Positions 14,567-28,435 of a stretch of 64,000 nucleotides of DNA are shown here, in pieces; positions within the stretch are counted from its first letter, which is position 1, and each line of letters starts with the position of its first letter. The notes beneath the pieces were generated by a model, which was not told where the DNA came from, did not search any database, and was given only the letters and a program-made list of their open reading frames with translations. The stretch lies in contig OX597829.1 in the NCBI GenBank assembly GCA_951406725.2, forward strand, positions 50,778,001 to 50,842,000, read 5' to 3'. Both the position numbers and the translations under genes were made by a program. The stretch comes from Octopus vulgaris. Its lineage: Eukaryota.

Positions 14567-14627
<61 letters not shown>

Positions 14628-14764
14628 CATATATCTCTATATATAAATAGATGTGTGTATATAGATATTTATATATTTACAGACAAGTTTATATGTGTAT
14701 TTTTCCCTTGTTATATATATATATATATATATATGGTAAATGAAAGATGGAAGATAGAATATAC

Positions 14765-15166
14765 TCATTTACTCCTTTACTTGTTTCAGTCATTTGACTG
14801 CGGCCATGCTGGAGCACCGCCTTTAGTCGAGCAAATCAACCCCAGGACTTATTCTTTGTAAGCCCAGTACTTATTCTATCGGTCTCTTTTTGCCGAACTG
14901 CTAAGTGATGGGGACGTAAACACACCAGCATCGGTTGTCAAGCAATGCTAGGGGGACAAACACAGACACACAAATACACACACATATACACATACATATA
15001 TACGACAGGCTTCTTTCAGTTTCCGTCTACCAAATCCACTCACAAGGCATTGGTCGGCCTGAGGCTATAGCAGACGACACTTGCCCAAGATGCCACGCAG
15101 TGGGACTGAACCCGGAACCATGTGGTTGGTTAGCAAGCTACTTACCACACAGCCACTCCTGCACCT
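14765..15166 (-). mobile_element. SINE family A, full length
   Basis: Reverse complement of the 62798-63216 sequence. Confidence 0.9.
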
Positions 15167-15434
15167 ATACGAGAATTTTTATTATTAATCATGACTGTTG
15201 TTTCGACACATCCAACATTGATCCCTCAAGGGTGGGACACTTACCAACTGATTCGGGAGCATCTGGCGGTGCAGATGGGTCTCACCGGGTGATAAACAGA
15301 CACACCTCATCAAAATAGCAGTTCTGCGATGAATCTTTTCATTTCGTAGAAAGAGAAGCCGCAAAACAAAGGAAATATCCTCATTTACACAGAAGATCAA
15401 AAATAAAATCACAGCTTGGGTGTGTGTGTGTGTG

Positions 15435-15479
<45 letters not shown>

Positions 15480-16326
15480 TGTATGTGTTTGTGTGTAAAG
15501 GGAGTGAAAGAGAATGAGATAGTAACACAAATAAACATGCTGTGGGCTTGATGTATAAAATATACATGTATACAGGCACAGGTGTAGCTGTGTGCTAAGT
15601 AGCTTGATTCCCAACCACATGGTTTTGGGTTCAGTCCCACTGCGTGACATCTTGGGCAAGTGTCTTCTACTTATAGCCTCAGGCCAACCAAAGCCTTGTG
15701 AGTGGATTTTGTTGACGGAAACTGAGAGAAGCCAATCGTGTGTGTGTGTGTGGGTGTGTGTGAGTGTGTGTGTGTGTGCAGGTGTGGGTGTGTGGTAAGT
15801 AGCTTGTTTCCCAACCACATGGTTCCAAGTTCAGTCCCACTGCATGGCAACTTGGGCAAGTGTCTTCTACTATAGCCTCGAACCAACCAAAGCCTTGTGA
15901 GTGGATTTGGTAGATGGAAACTGAAAGAAGCCTGTCGTATATAAAAACCTATACATTTGTATGTGTGTTTGTCCCACCACCACCACCATCACTTGACAAC
16001 CAACGTTGGTATGTTTATGTCCCTGTAATTTAGCGGTTCGGCAAAAGAGACCAATAGAATAAGCACTAGGCTTGCAAAGAATAAGTTCTGGGGTCGATTA
16101 GTTCGACTAATGGCAGTGCTCCAGCATGGCTACAATCAAATACTGGAACAATGGAAGAGACTAAAAGAATAAGAATATATATACACAAGTAAATATATAT
16201 GTAAGAAATATTCAGAATGTGAACATTCATGGCTAAGCATATAAAGATATTTATATATTTACAGAACAAATTTATATGGAGTATAAAAATTCAGAAAACT
16301 AAGGGGAGAGGACATGGTATTTCAGG

Positions 16327-16466
16327 CCCGACAGCTGTTTCTGGGAGACTCAGAATTATGTAATAATTGTTATGTTGGTAGATGGAGCATGCAAAAGTGT
16401 CAAGGATATGCAACCAGTAGTAGATGCAAATAAACATTATTGTACAGTTGGCCTCTATCTTCAGGG
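16327..16466 (-). ncRNA. Type I hammerhead ribozyme with ~110-nt stem-loop II
   Basis: Minus strand: cc CTGAAGA tagaggc...gtctccca GAAAC agct GT C ggg. Stem I is short. Confidence 0.55.
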
Positions 16467-16882
16467 TGGAAAGATTGGCAGCTAGCGGTTCAAAGAGAAT
16501 TTAAGGGTAGAATTATATGACAGGATTTGATGTGTCCAAGGACTGCATCATGCTCTAATGCCGACTTTGTGGCATGGTTTCTATGGCTGAATTCCCTTCC
16601 TGACACTAACCATTTTATAGCAAGTACCACATGCTTTCATTTATGCCATCAGCACTACTACTGAAGCTGCCCTGCAGATCACAAGACTACAGACCCAGGG
16701 GAGGAGGAGTGATCTTATTTTGAGGGATGATGGGTTAAAGTATGACAAAATTTTGGGGGCTAGACAAATTCTTGCAGAAGAACTCACATTTAGTTGGGGA
16801 GGAAGAGGAGGAGGATAATCACTATCATCATCATCATCATCATCATCATTTAACATCTGCTTTTCATGTTAGCATGATTATA

Positions 16883-17282
16883 TCTTTATATATAAAAGTG
16901 AGGTTGTGTGCTGTCTGTCTCTTACGATTTAGATTCCTAACTACTCCCACATTTTGCGGTGCAGTTTAACCAAAAGCGGGTATCTTATAGTCGTGATTCA
17001 TATCTAGCCCTTCTGGGTATTAGCGCGCGTCTACAATGAGTCTACGATATTTAAAAAAATTTACCATCATTTTTTCCATTTTAATGCATTTTTTCGCTAT
17101 TATATAAGGGAAGTAACTCTCTAAAAATGTCTATGATGAGTCAACGATTTAAAAATAAATTTACGATAATTTTTTTTCCATTTTTAATGCATTTTTTTGC
17201 TATTTTTTGGCTATAACTCTCTAAAAATGCTTATATAGTTATTTCCCTTACAAACCCGAGCAACGCCGGGCGATACTGCTAG
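16883..17282 (+). mobile_element. Non-autonomous Helitron (400 bp)
   Basis: A|TC 5' end, subterminal hairpin cccgagcaacgccggg, CTAG|T 3' end, no TSD. Confidence 0.85.
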
Positions 17283-17649
17283 TATATATATATATATACA
17301 CACACATATACACATGAGAAGACCCCCTTCAGTCATGAATGACCATGGATTGCACCTAGAAAGTTATCCTCTGAGGCACAAGTCCAGGCAAGGTTGCTTT
17401 GTGGAAGGCCAGCAGTCATCCATGCATACCAACCTATCCTCTCCACTCTACTGATGTTATCCAAGGGAAAGGCAAAGGCTGATACAACTTGGCACCAGTG
17501 ACGTAGCAACTCATTTCTACAACTGAGTGAACTGGAACAACATGAAATAAAGTGTCTTGCTCAAGAGCACAACACACAGTCAGGTCTGGGATTCGAACTC
17601 ACAACCTCACAATGGTAAGATCAACGCTCTAACCACTGAGCCATGCACC

Positions 17650-17689
<40 letters not shown>

Positions 17690-17938
17690 CATATTGTTTT
17701 TTCTTTTATTCTTTTATTTGTTTCAGTCATCTGACTGTGGCCTTGCTGGAGCACCATCTCAAAGGATTTTAGTTGAACAAATCAACCCTAGGACTTTTTT
17801 TTTAAGCCCAGTACTTATTCTATCAGTTTCTTTTGCTGAACCGCTAAGTTACAGAGATGTAAACTCACTAACACCAGTTGTCAAGTTGTGATTGGGGGAC
17901 AAATACAGACACACACACATAGCTATATACTTATATAC

Positions 17939-17984
<46 letters not shown>

Positions 17985-18074
17985 TTGTTAAAAAGGAAAA
18001 CAAGCACCAAGGCAATGCATCTCAAGTCATATGTTGTTATTATTATTATTAAAAATAATTAAGCAATTTTTAAA

Positions 18075-18120
18075 GTCTTACAGCTGTTTCTGGAATATCC
18101 AAAAAAACATCATCAGAAAC
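18075..18120 (-). ncRNA. Minimal type I hammerhead ribozyme
   Basis: Minus strand: gttt CTGATGA tg...ca GAAAC agct GT A agac. Stem II is weak. Confidence 0.6.
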
Positions 18121-18395
18121 AGACGGTAAGAAAGTGAGAGGTTATAGAACATGGAAGCAATGGAGAGATGTAGGGAAAAGAGAAAAAGGAAAATATATAT
18201 ATAAAAGTTCACAGTTTAAGTTTCCGATAGTGCAGGTGCTAATCCATGAGCCTTTAGGTACAATACAGTGTGAATCCAGGTAAGATAATATTCCTCATAT
18301 TGTAGGTGTCCGGGAAGAATACTTCCATGCTGAAGGTTCATAATAGAATAATATATATATATATAATAATCGGGCAATAATCAGAGTTCAGCAGT

Positions 18396-18428
<33 letters not shown>

Positions 18429-18431
<3 letters not shown>

Positions 18432-19105
18432 GGATTCCTCGACTTGCGTGAGTAATTGGAGGATGTGCAATTCGATATTCGTGCAAGTCGAGTACCAGAT
18501 ATTGTTTTCTATAAATATTTTTCCAGGATAACTGCTAAATATTGTTGTATTAAAGAAACACTTGGAGAAAGTATTGAATGAACTTTCTTTCTATTTGAAA
18601 CCAAAAAACTTTTATTGGTGACTGCTTTGTACGAATACAAATTACAAAAAATAATACAAATTGTTTAATGATTATAAACAGAAAATAGAAAAAAACATAG
18701 CAAATAAATTTACTTATTCAGTTGATCAAACATTTTTTTATAACAAGAAAAATCATGTTCCAAATTTCTTTGCACTTGCATACATCGGTGAGTGTTCTCG
18801 TCAAAGTTCATTATTTGGTCTTTTAAGCTTTCAAAGGTTTGCATTATATTCTGCAGCTGTTGCAATTTTTAACTGTCTTTCTTCTGGGCCATCTGAAGTC
18901 GAAGGATCACCTGTGTCTTCGTCAGAAATCTCCTTATCCATCGCTAATAATTCACTGTTGTCGAGCAACCATGGATAATAAATATTTTTACAACAAGCGC
19001 AAGTCGAGAATACAACTCACGCAACCTGAACACTCGGTATCAAAAGTTGGCTCGCGCAAGTCGAATTTCGCGCAAGTTGAACTCGCACAAGTCAGGGAAT
19101 CCATG
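18429..19105 (-). mobile_element. Tigger/pogo-type deletion derivative with TA TSD
   Basis: Imperfect 25-bp TIRs cagggattcctcgacttgcgtgagt / actcgcacaagtcagggaatccatg. Minus strand reads QNIMQTFESLKDQIMNFDENTHRCMQVQRNLEHDFSCYKKMF, resembling a Tigger transposase C-terminus. Confidence 0.7.
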
Positions 19106-19264
19106 TATATACACAATGGGCTTCTTTCACTTGTTTTCATCAACAAAAATTCATTCACAAACCAAGGGCCATAGCAGAAGACACTTACTGCACAGCCATG
19201 CCTGCACTTAAATCTTTCTTATCCATCTATCTTTCTCTTTCTGTATATATGTATGCATGTGTGA

Positions 19265-19313
<49 letters not shown>

Positions 19314-19316
<3 letters not shown>

Positions 19317-20091
19317 TGATACCTTACAGTACAAGCTCCATGACTGAGCTTGTCTTAGAATTTACTTGTTTTACAAGTCAATTTTCCCTATTGAAATTAA
19401 CTAAAATATAATTAATCTGTTCCAGCCCCATAAAAACCACTCAAAAATAATTTTTTATGGGTTTTAAAGCAGAAAATGTGTAGTTACAAGTAAAATGACA
19501 ATTATATATATAAAAAAGAGAATGCAAAAGAAATATGTAAACTGGTTTTATTAACTGAATTACCTTAACCCTTTTTGTTACTGTATTTATTTTAAGATGC
19601 TTTGTGTTTCTTTCAATTAATTTTAAATATAACAAAGAATTCAGTAAAATAACTTAGTTATCATTAAGCTAGTGTTAGGAACATAAATTGTGATTAAGGT
19701 TTGGTGGAAGATTTTGATGCAAAACTTATGGAAACAAGACATTCGTACTCAGAGACAGAAGCAGTTTCAGTTGGGTTGGTATCAAAAGGGTTAAATATAA
19801 CAAAGAATTTAGTAAAAATAATTTAGTTATCATTAAGCTGGTGTTAGGAACATAAATTGTGACTAAGGTTTGGTGGAAGATTTTAATTCAAAACTTACGA
19901 AAACAAGACATTTGTACTCAGAGCCAGAACCGGTTTCAGCCGGGTTGGTAACAAAAGGGTTAAAGATGGAACAATTTGTGTGCTCATACTTTGGATTTCC
20001 ACTTATACTTCAAGACAAAAATTCACTTGAATATCAGCTTCTACAACAAATTATTAGTACAATGGGTCACTCATACTGTGAGGTTCTACTG
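19314..20091. mobile_element. Tigger-type MITE with TA TSD, hosting a piggyBac-type MITE
   Basis: TIRs cagtgataccttacagta / tactgtgaggttctactg, each flanked by TA. Confidence 0.65.
19569..19959. mobile_element. piggyBac-type MITE with TTAA TSD and duplicated right half
   Basis: TTAA-ccctttttgttac ... gtaacaaaaggg-TTAA. 19623-19794 is repeated at 19791-19963. Confidence 0.75.
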
Positions 20092-20570
20092 TATATACAC
20101 ATAGATGACCTAATTATAAAATCATTTAAAATCATCAGTCATCATTAAGTAGTTGTTGATTTTGGATTCTGCTATTTCAGTAGTGAACATAAGAGGTGAG
20201 GTCTGAGAATTATTCTATGAGAGATATTATCAAATTTTATAAAAAAAAAAATTTTTTAAATTACAGAATTATCAGAGAATTTAAAAGAAAAATAGAGAAA
20301 TTATTATAAAACACTAATTCAAGAGAGTTATTCATTATTAACAATGACCAAATTGGCAAATAATTTAGTTTGTGGAAGAATATATTTGGAGTGATATTAT
20401 TTGGCTACATTATAAAGTAATCACTCTGTAATTAACATCATGAATAAAGAGAAAGAAAAGAAAGAAGAAATAAAGAGCAAGACAAGGAAGTGAGGGGGAG
20501 GGGGTTGTCTGATAAAAGGTCATATACTTTATGGCAGTAACTGGTTGGAAAGTCACTATGACATGCATAC

Positions 20571-20607
<37 letters not shown>

Positions 20608-20877
20608 TGTATGTATATTCAGAACAGGGTGGTGTAGTAAACAGTATGCTAGTCACTGATGCATGACTCTTAATAACTGCTTTTCAGACGAGGGAGTAAA
20701 TAAAATGAATGGATTAAATAAACGAATAAATAAACTGGTAATTATTTTTCCAGTAATCATTTAAACATAGTTTTAAAGTTTGTGTGCATGTGTGTGTGTA
20801 TGTGTGTGTGTGTTAAGAAGCTTGCTTCCCAATCACATGGTTCTAGGTTCAGTCCCACAGTATGGCACATCAGACAA

Positions 20878-22352
20878 TTGTCTTCTTAAAAGTGTCACAG
20901 GAAGCAAGAGTGGGCGAATATGGAGGATGCGTAAGTGGTGCCTTACCATTTTTCATCAAAAACTGTCTCATACTCAATGTGATGTGCAAAGGTGCATTGT
21001 TGTGATGAAACCACCACTCTCCACTTTGCCACAGGTTAGGCGGCGAGCTGGCAGAATTGGTAGCACGCTGGGCGAAATGCTTAGCGTTATTTCGTCTGTC
21101 GCTACGTTCTGAGTTCAAATTCCGCCGAGGTCGACTTTGCCTTTCATCCTTTCGGGGTCGATTGAATAAGTACCAGTTCCACACTGGGGTCGATATAATC
21201 GACTTAATCCGTTTGTCTGTCCTTGTTTGTCCTCTCTGTGTTTAGCCCCTCGTGGGTAGTAAAGAAAAAGGTATTTCGTTTGCTGCTACATTCTGAGTTC
21301 AAATTCCGCCGAGGTCTACTTTGCCTTTCATCCTTTCAGGGTCGATTGAATAAGTACCAGTTACGCACTGGGGTCGATATAATCAACTTAATCCGTTTGT
21401 CTGTCCTTGTTTGTCCCCTCTGTGTTTAGCCCCTTGTGGGTAGTAAAGAAATAGGTATTTTATTCTCACTGTGCCTCATAAATGCTTCTGAACCATCAAG
21501 TAAAGTGTCTGGTTAACAGTTTGACCAGGAGGAAGAAATTCTTTATGGAATAATTCCTTTTGCATCGATGAAACAAATCAGCATCGTTTTGACATTGGAC
21601 TTCACTTTATGCACTTTTTCAGAGCATGGTGACATTGCAGGCTTCCATTGACTTGACTGCTGCTTTGTTCTCATGTCATAGCCATAGCACAGCTTTTATC
21701 AACAGTGACAACCCTCAGAAAAATGGTTCGGATCAACTTCTAAATGTTCTTTCAGTTCACGACACACATTCAGTCGTGACTGCTTCTGATTTTCCGTGAG
21801 AAAGCAAGGCACAGATTTTGCTGCAACTCTTTTCATTCACAATTCATCACTCAAAATTCACTGGCAGGAGCTCCAATACACCACAGTCATATCAACGAGT
21901 TCATCAAATGTTTGGTGATGGTCCTCCAAGATCAGTTCACAAATGTTCATGACATTTTCATTCTACGGGAGGTCGACAGTCACCCTGATTGAGGTTGGTC
22001 TTCAAGCGATGAGTGACCATTCCTAAAGCATGGAAACCACTTGTAAAATGTGTTTTGCTCATGGCAGCATCCTTGTAAGCTGTTTGAAGCATGACAATTG
22101 TTTCAGTTAAAACAGAACTTCACGGAAGCACTTTGTTCCTTCGTTCCTGCAATCACGAAAATCAACAAAAAGCGGGGAAGCACTGCAAGACAAAGGCACG
22201 CCACATGGCAGTACAACTTCACTCGATGACGTTGGTTGGCAGACTGATGCCTGAGGGTCACATCAAGTGGCTTCTGACCGCAGAAGCCTGAACTACAACA
22301 GGCTTGCCCTCACAGAGAACGTTTCCAGCTAGTTTTTGGGTACCCCCCTCAT
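20878..22352 (-). mobile_element. Decayed mariner element interrupted by a SINE dimer (21039-21457)
   Basis: WWFHHNNAPLH..THPPYSPTLASCD motifs and a mariner-type end TA-tgaggggggtacccaaaaa. Confidence 0.75.
21039..21457 (+). mobile_element. SINE family B tandem dimer (Meta-domain-like)
   Basis: ggcggcgagctggcagaa head and gcctttcatcctttcggggtcga..aagtacc core. Other copies at ~7165, 7360(-), 24980, 25208, 28193, 31380(-), 37505(-), 43456, 44896 and 60143. Confidence 0.8.
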
Positions 22353-22368
22353 ATCTATACATGTGTGT

Positions 22369-22409
<41 letters not shown>

Positions 22410-23024
22410 CATGTTTGTAAAATCAATCCCAAAACATGCCATGGTTCCCATTTTCGTAAATTACAGAAACATACCTATAATGAGACTTCAATGAGTTAAT
22501 CTTTGATCATACCAATAACCACATTTACTCTAGTTTCATGAATAGATTTTTATATTTCACATTCTTTATTGTGCATTTTATTCTTTCTTAATTTGGTTCT
22601 TTTTGTCTTTTTCGGTCTCTGAGTATTTTACCAATTCTCTTCAGGTGCTTTCTGCTGTTTGATTAGATTGCTTCAAATTGATAATATGATTACATTAATT
22701 ATTTATTTAGTAATTCCCCATTTCAGAAAATGTCAAAATATTTAAAACTACATCTTCTTCATCATCGGCAACACCAGTGACATCTTCCTCTTCATCATCA
22801 TCATCATCATCATAACCAACATCATCATAATCATAATAATAATAATAATAGCAATAATAATAATAATAATAATAATCATTAATATTATCTCTGTAATTGC
22901 CACTGCCATCATCATCGTTATTATCATAATCATCAAGAGCATCGTTATTACTATACTCTTCTGTTTTCCTGTATCACATCGTGTTGCACACACACATATA
23001 TTATATATAAATACATATGCATGC

Positions 23025-23057
<33 letters not shown>

Positions 23058-23459
23058 TGTGCATATAAACTTGGGCATTATTGATACTAATAACCTGGTG
23101 TTAGAATTCAATATACATATATATCAGAACAAAGCATTGGTCGAGTACAGAGTGGTAATATGATATTAAATAATTTGACAAGGGAATAAATAATTGAATA
23201 CTGAACATTATTAGATAGTTCCTTTCCCTTTGTCATATTAATTTTATATATATATATATACACACAAAGGTGAGCACATAAGTGCAAAACAAGGTGGACA
23301 AAATAGTACTCAAATACCAAACGTAGAGTAATATGCTTTTATTAAAACTGCAAAATTATCACAAGACTGTTGCTCAGAGTTTCATGCTTCCGTTCATCAA
23401 GCTGTTGTGGTAAAATCAGAATTAAGCTTGTATGTATGTAGGTATGTGTATATATATAT

Positions 23460-24292
23460 GACGGCCTGCTGTGCTAACCTTGGATTGTAGAGTGATCCGC
23501 TGTACTTGAGGAGACCTATTGAGTCAAGTATGTCAACACCAACATCAAAATAAAAATCAAATGGAAATTGTAGTTAAGATACCCGTGCTGGTGGCACGAA
23601 AAAAGCACCATCCAAACGTGGCAGATGCGTTCGTGTTGGCGACACGTAAAAGCACCAACCAATTGTGGCCATTTGCCAGCCTCCTCTGGCCCCTGTGCTG
23701 GTGGCATATAAAAAGTACCCACTACACTCACGGAGTAGTTGGCGTTAGGAAGGGCATCCAGCTGTAGAAACACTACCAGATCAGACTGAAGCCTGGTGCA
23801 GCCTCCTGGCTTCCCAGACCCTGGTCGAGCTGTCCAACCCATGCTAGCATAGAAAACAGACGTTAAATGATGATGATATATATATATATATATATCGCTG
23901 TATGTATGTGTATATATATGTCTTTGATGTGGCCATTGACAGTGCCGCTTGATTGGCACTCGTGCCAGTGGAACATAAAAGCACTATCCAAGCATGATCA
24001 TTGCCAGGGTCACTGACTGCCTCACGTGCCAGTGGCACATAAAAAGTACCATTCGAGTATGATTGTTGCCAGAGTCGCCTTACTGGCACATGTGCCCGGG
24101 GCATTTGAAAAACAGCATTTGAGTGTTGTCATTGCCAGTGCCGCCAGACTGGCTCCCATGCAGGTGGCATGTAAAAAACACCATTTGAACGTGGTCATTG
24201 CCAGTACCACCTGACTAACCCTTGTGCTGGTGGCACGTGAAAGCACCCACTACACTCTTGGAGTGGTTGGCATTAGGAAGGGCATCCAGCTT
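23460..24292 (+). mobile_element. Two RTE 3'-UTR fragments
   Basis: Share the tail aagggcatccagctgtagaaac...catgctagcat...gttaaatgatgat with copies at 7530-7900, 27245-27455(-), 34868-35140(-), 36305-36520 and 40853-41046. Confidence 0.7.
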
Positions 24293-24541
24293 CCTAATAG
24301 CATGTAGGATATTGTTATTTATAAACAATATCCTACATGCTATTATTTATAGTTTTATCTATTTCAAGTCCCACCATTAAGAATGATTTAATATTTAATG
24401 TATCCTTCCCAGAGCTTGATTTGAGGAAGATTTGGCTGCTATTTTCAGTAAGCAAAGTTATTACTTAATGGCTCTTTTATTAATTGGTTTGCATGTATCT
24501 GAGATTTTCTGAGGTGAGAACAAGAAGCCATGACTTACACA

Positions 24542-24943
24542 TCTTTATATATAAAAGTGAAGTTGTGTGAGTGTCTGTCTCCTACGATTTAGATTCCTAA
24601 CTACTCCCACATTTTGCGGTGCAGTTTAACCAAAACCGGGTATCTTATAGTCGTGATTCATATCGAGCTCTTCTGGGTATTATCGTGCGTCTACGATGAG
24701 TCTAAGATTTTAAAAATAATTTACCATTTTTTTTTTCCATTTTAATGCATTTTTTCGCTATTATATAAGGGAAGTAACTCTCTAAAAATGTCTACGATGA
24801 GTCAACGATTTAAAAAAAATTTACGATAATTTTTTTTCCATTTTTAATGCATTTTTTTTGCTATTTTTTGGCTATAACTCTCTAAAAATGCTTATATTGT
24901 TATTTCCCTTACAAACCCGAGCAATGCTGGGCGATACTGCTAG
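24542..24943 (+). mobile_element. Non-autonomous Helitron, near-identical to 16883-17282
   Basis: Same TC...hairpin-CTAG ends between A and T. Confidence 0.85.
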
Positions 24944-25821
24944 TATACACTATATCTGTTATCAATATAAGTGAAGTGGAACGTGGCAGAACCGTTAGCA
25001 TGCTGGACTATATGTGTAGTGGCATTTTGTCTGTTTTTACATTCTGAGTTCAAATTAAACTGAGATAAACTTTACTTTTCATCCTTTTGGAGGTCGAGAA
25101 AATAAGTACCAGTTGAGTTCTGGGGGTCGATATAATTGACTTACCCTCTCCCCTGGACATACTGTACTGGCCTTGTGCCAAAATTTGAAACTAATATTAC
25201 CCTAGCTTTCAAATTCCACCCAGGTCAGGTTTGCCTCTCATCCTTCAGGGTCAATAAAATAAGTACCAGTTGAGCACTGGGGTCAATGTACTCAATTTAT
25301 GGCCTTCCCTAAAATTACTGGCCTTGTGCAAAAATTTGAAACCAATACAAGCGGACTGTCTATAATTAAAAATCGCTGTTCGTTTACTTGTATCTTAAAG
25401 CTGTTACTACAACAAAAGTGAAATTAATCTATTCACAAGGTCAATGAACTTGAAAAAGAGAGAAAAGCTGTTTTTGAATTCAATTTTTTGAATTAAAATT
25501 GGGCAAAAAAACAAAATTATTCTTAATTGGTTTTTAGTTGCGTTATAAATATACACACATATACATGTATTACATTTCAAACACGCATGCTCACAGAGAA
25601 AGATGTACACACATACACACACTTAGATATCATCACGGAGTCTGAAGCCTTATAAGACACAATTATTTGATTTCTGTTTATATTTTATTTAGTTTGCTTC
25701 TCTTTTTGAAACCAAATCCTGTATAACAAATACATACATACATATATATATATATAGAGAGAGGGGGGGTTCAAATTTACAGCAAATGACAAAGACAGAT
25801 AAAGGAACAACAAGCAGGTGT

Positions 25822-26745
25822 ATAATTCCATAAATAATGCAGTTTTTTTCAATTGCATGAACTAAAAGTCGGAGGAAGAATGGGATAAACTACCTGCATC
25901 AACTTGCTATAAAAGCAGGTAGTAATTTTACCTTTTTTTCTTATTCTTATTGTAAGTTTTGATCAGTGCAGTTCGATTTTAACAGTTATTTTTTTTTCAA
26001 AGCTATAAAGGAAGTGACAAAGGAGCATATTTGGCATATTCTGCTTTATGAGTTCAATAAAAGCAACAACACAATGGAAAGTGCAAGGAATATTAATGAA
26101 GTATATGGGGATCGGAGAATAAGCATAAGCTAGTGTCAATGGTGGTTCCAGATATTCTGAGCCGGAAACTACAGCATAGGAGTTGAGCCTTGTCCTGGAA
26201 GATCTGTAGAGCTCGACGAGAATGTCCTGCAAACCCTGGTGGAACAAAATCCCATCATAATTGTTGAGGAACTAGCAGAGAAGCTTGAATTTAGTCATTC
26301 AACCATTCATCAACACCTGTGTGCCATTGGAAAAGTCAGCAAATTTGGTCAATGGGTTCCTCACAAACTTTCTGAGTCTAGTCACATGCACAGCAAGTGA
26401 ATGTGTGCTCTTCTTTGCTGTCACGTCTCATGAATGGACCTTTTTTGGACTGAACAGTGGCTGGTGATGAGAAATGGGTTCTCTATAAAAAATGTTAAGT
26501 ACTGAAATCATTTGGATGGAAAAAATATGAATTTTGTAGACGAGGTCAGAACAGTACAGGAGGAGTATTTTTTTGTCACAGGCAAGTGAATTTTGGAAGA
26601 GAGGTTTGCAAGTCTACCAGAAAGATGGAAGAGTTTTGTAGAAAATAAAGGAGAGTATATTTTAGATTAATAATGAACTTTGTTCATCTTAATTTTGAAA
26701 AATAACAGTATAGAACAACCATATTATTTATGAGATGACCCCAAT
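25822..26745 (+). mobile_element. Internally deleted mariner element
   Basis: HILLYEFNK..SARNINEVYG..ELAEKL..GKVSKFGQWVPHKL. The 3' TIR tatttatgagatgaccccaata is shared with the copy ending at 39204. Confidence 0.8.
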
Positions 26746-27131
26746 ATATATGTGTGTGTGTGTATGTGTCTGTCTGTCTGTCTGTGTATGTGGTTAGAGC
26801 ATTCAACTTACAATCATGAGGTAGTGAGTTCAATTTCCAGATGAGGCTGTGTGTTGTGTTCTTGAGCAAGACACTTTATTTCACATTGCTCCGGTTCACT
26901 CAGCGGTAGAAATGAGTTATGATATGTCACTGATGCCAAGCTGTATCGGCCGCTTTGCCTTTCCTTTGGATAATATTGACAGTGTGGGGGAGGGGAAGCT
27001 GGTATGCATGGGTGACTGCTGGTCTTCCATAAAAAAATAACCTTGCCTGGACTTGTGCCTTGGAGGGTAACTTTCTAGGTGTAATCACATGGTCATTCAT
27101 GACTGATGGGGTCTTAACCTTTTACATATAT

Positions 27132-27184
<53 letters not shown>

Positions 27185-28116
27185 TACATATTAAAAAACA
27201 CATGAATTGAAAAATACTTTCATAAATATATATCTAATATTATTATCATCATCATCATTATCATCATTTTATGTCTGCTTTTCATGCTGGCATGGGTTGG
27301 ACGATTTGACATGGAGCTGGTTAGCAAGGACTCCAGTTGTTAGTTTTGGCATGGTTTCTACAGCAGGATGCTCTTCCTAACACCAACCACTTTACAGAGT
27401 GTACTGGGTGCATCTCATGTTGCACAGGTGCATTTTAGCAGCACTGGCACCTGTAAAGGACAAACCTATATGTATGCTTGTATGTTTATGTATGCCCTTG
27501 TGTTTACATGGTGCGTGTACACGTGTGCAAGTGATACGTATATTTGTGTGTGTGTTTGCATCAGTGTGCATGCGTGCATGTATGTGTGCATGCGTGTTTG
27601 TATATGCATGCATGTATTCATGTGTGTGTGCATAAGTATATATATATTTGTATACATGTGTGTGTGTGTGCATAAGTATATGTGTGCATGTGTATGTGTG
27701 TGCATGTACATGTATATGAGCATATGTTTGCATGCATGTGTGAGTCTGCGTGTGTGTGCGTAAGTATATGTATGCATGTGTGTGTGTGCATGTGTATGTG
27801 TGTTTGTATTTACGTGTGTGTAAGAGACAGAGAGAGAGTATATTATGCATTCACTGTTAGTTAAAGATTGCATACGTCAAGTTGTGTGTGTCTGTTTGTT
27901 CCTGCATTACCACTTGATAACCGGTGTTGGTTTGTTTATTACTCCATAACTTAGCAGTGCGAAAGAGACCAACAGAACAAGTAAAGGAAAAAGTAAGTAT
28001 TGGGGTCAATTTGTTCAACTAAAACCCTTTCGAGCCAATGGCCCAACATGGTCGCAGACCAACGGCTGAAACAAATATAAGATAAAAGAAGATACACACA
28101 CATTATGTACACATAC

Positions 28117-28149
<33 letters not shown>

Positions 28150-28357
28150 AGTGTGGTGTATATATATATATATATCCTTTATCCTTATCAAAGGGGCGAG
28201 TGGCAGAACCGTGCGCCGGCAAATCCGTAGCCGTATTTCGTCTGTCGTATAGTTCAAATTCCTCGAGGTCGATATCCTTGGTCATATATATTATATATAT
28301 CATTTAATCTGTCTGTCTGTCCTTGTTTGTCCCCTGTGTTTAGCCTGGGTAATAAAG

Positions 28358-28435
<78 letters not shown>

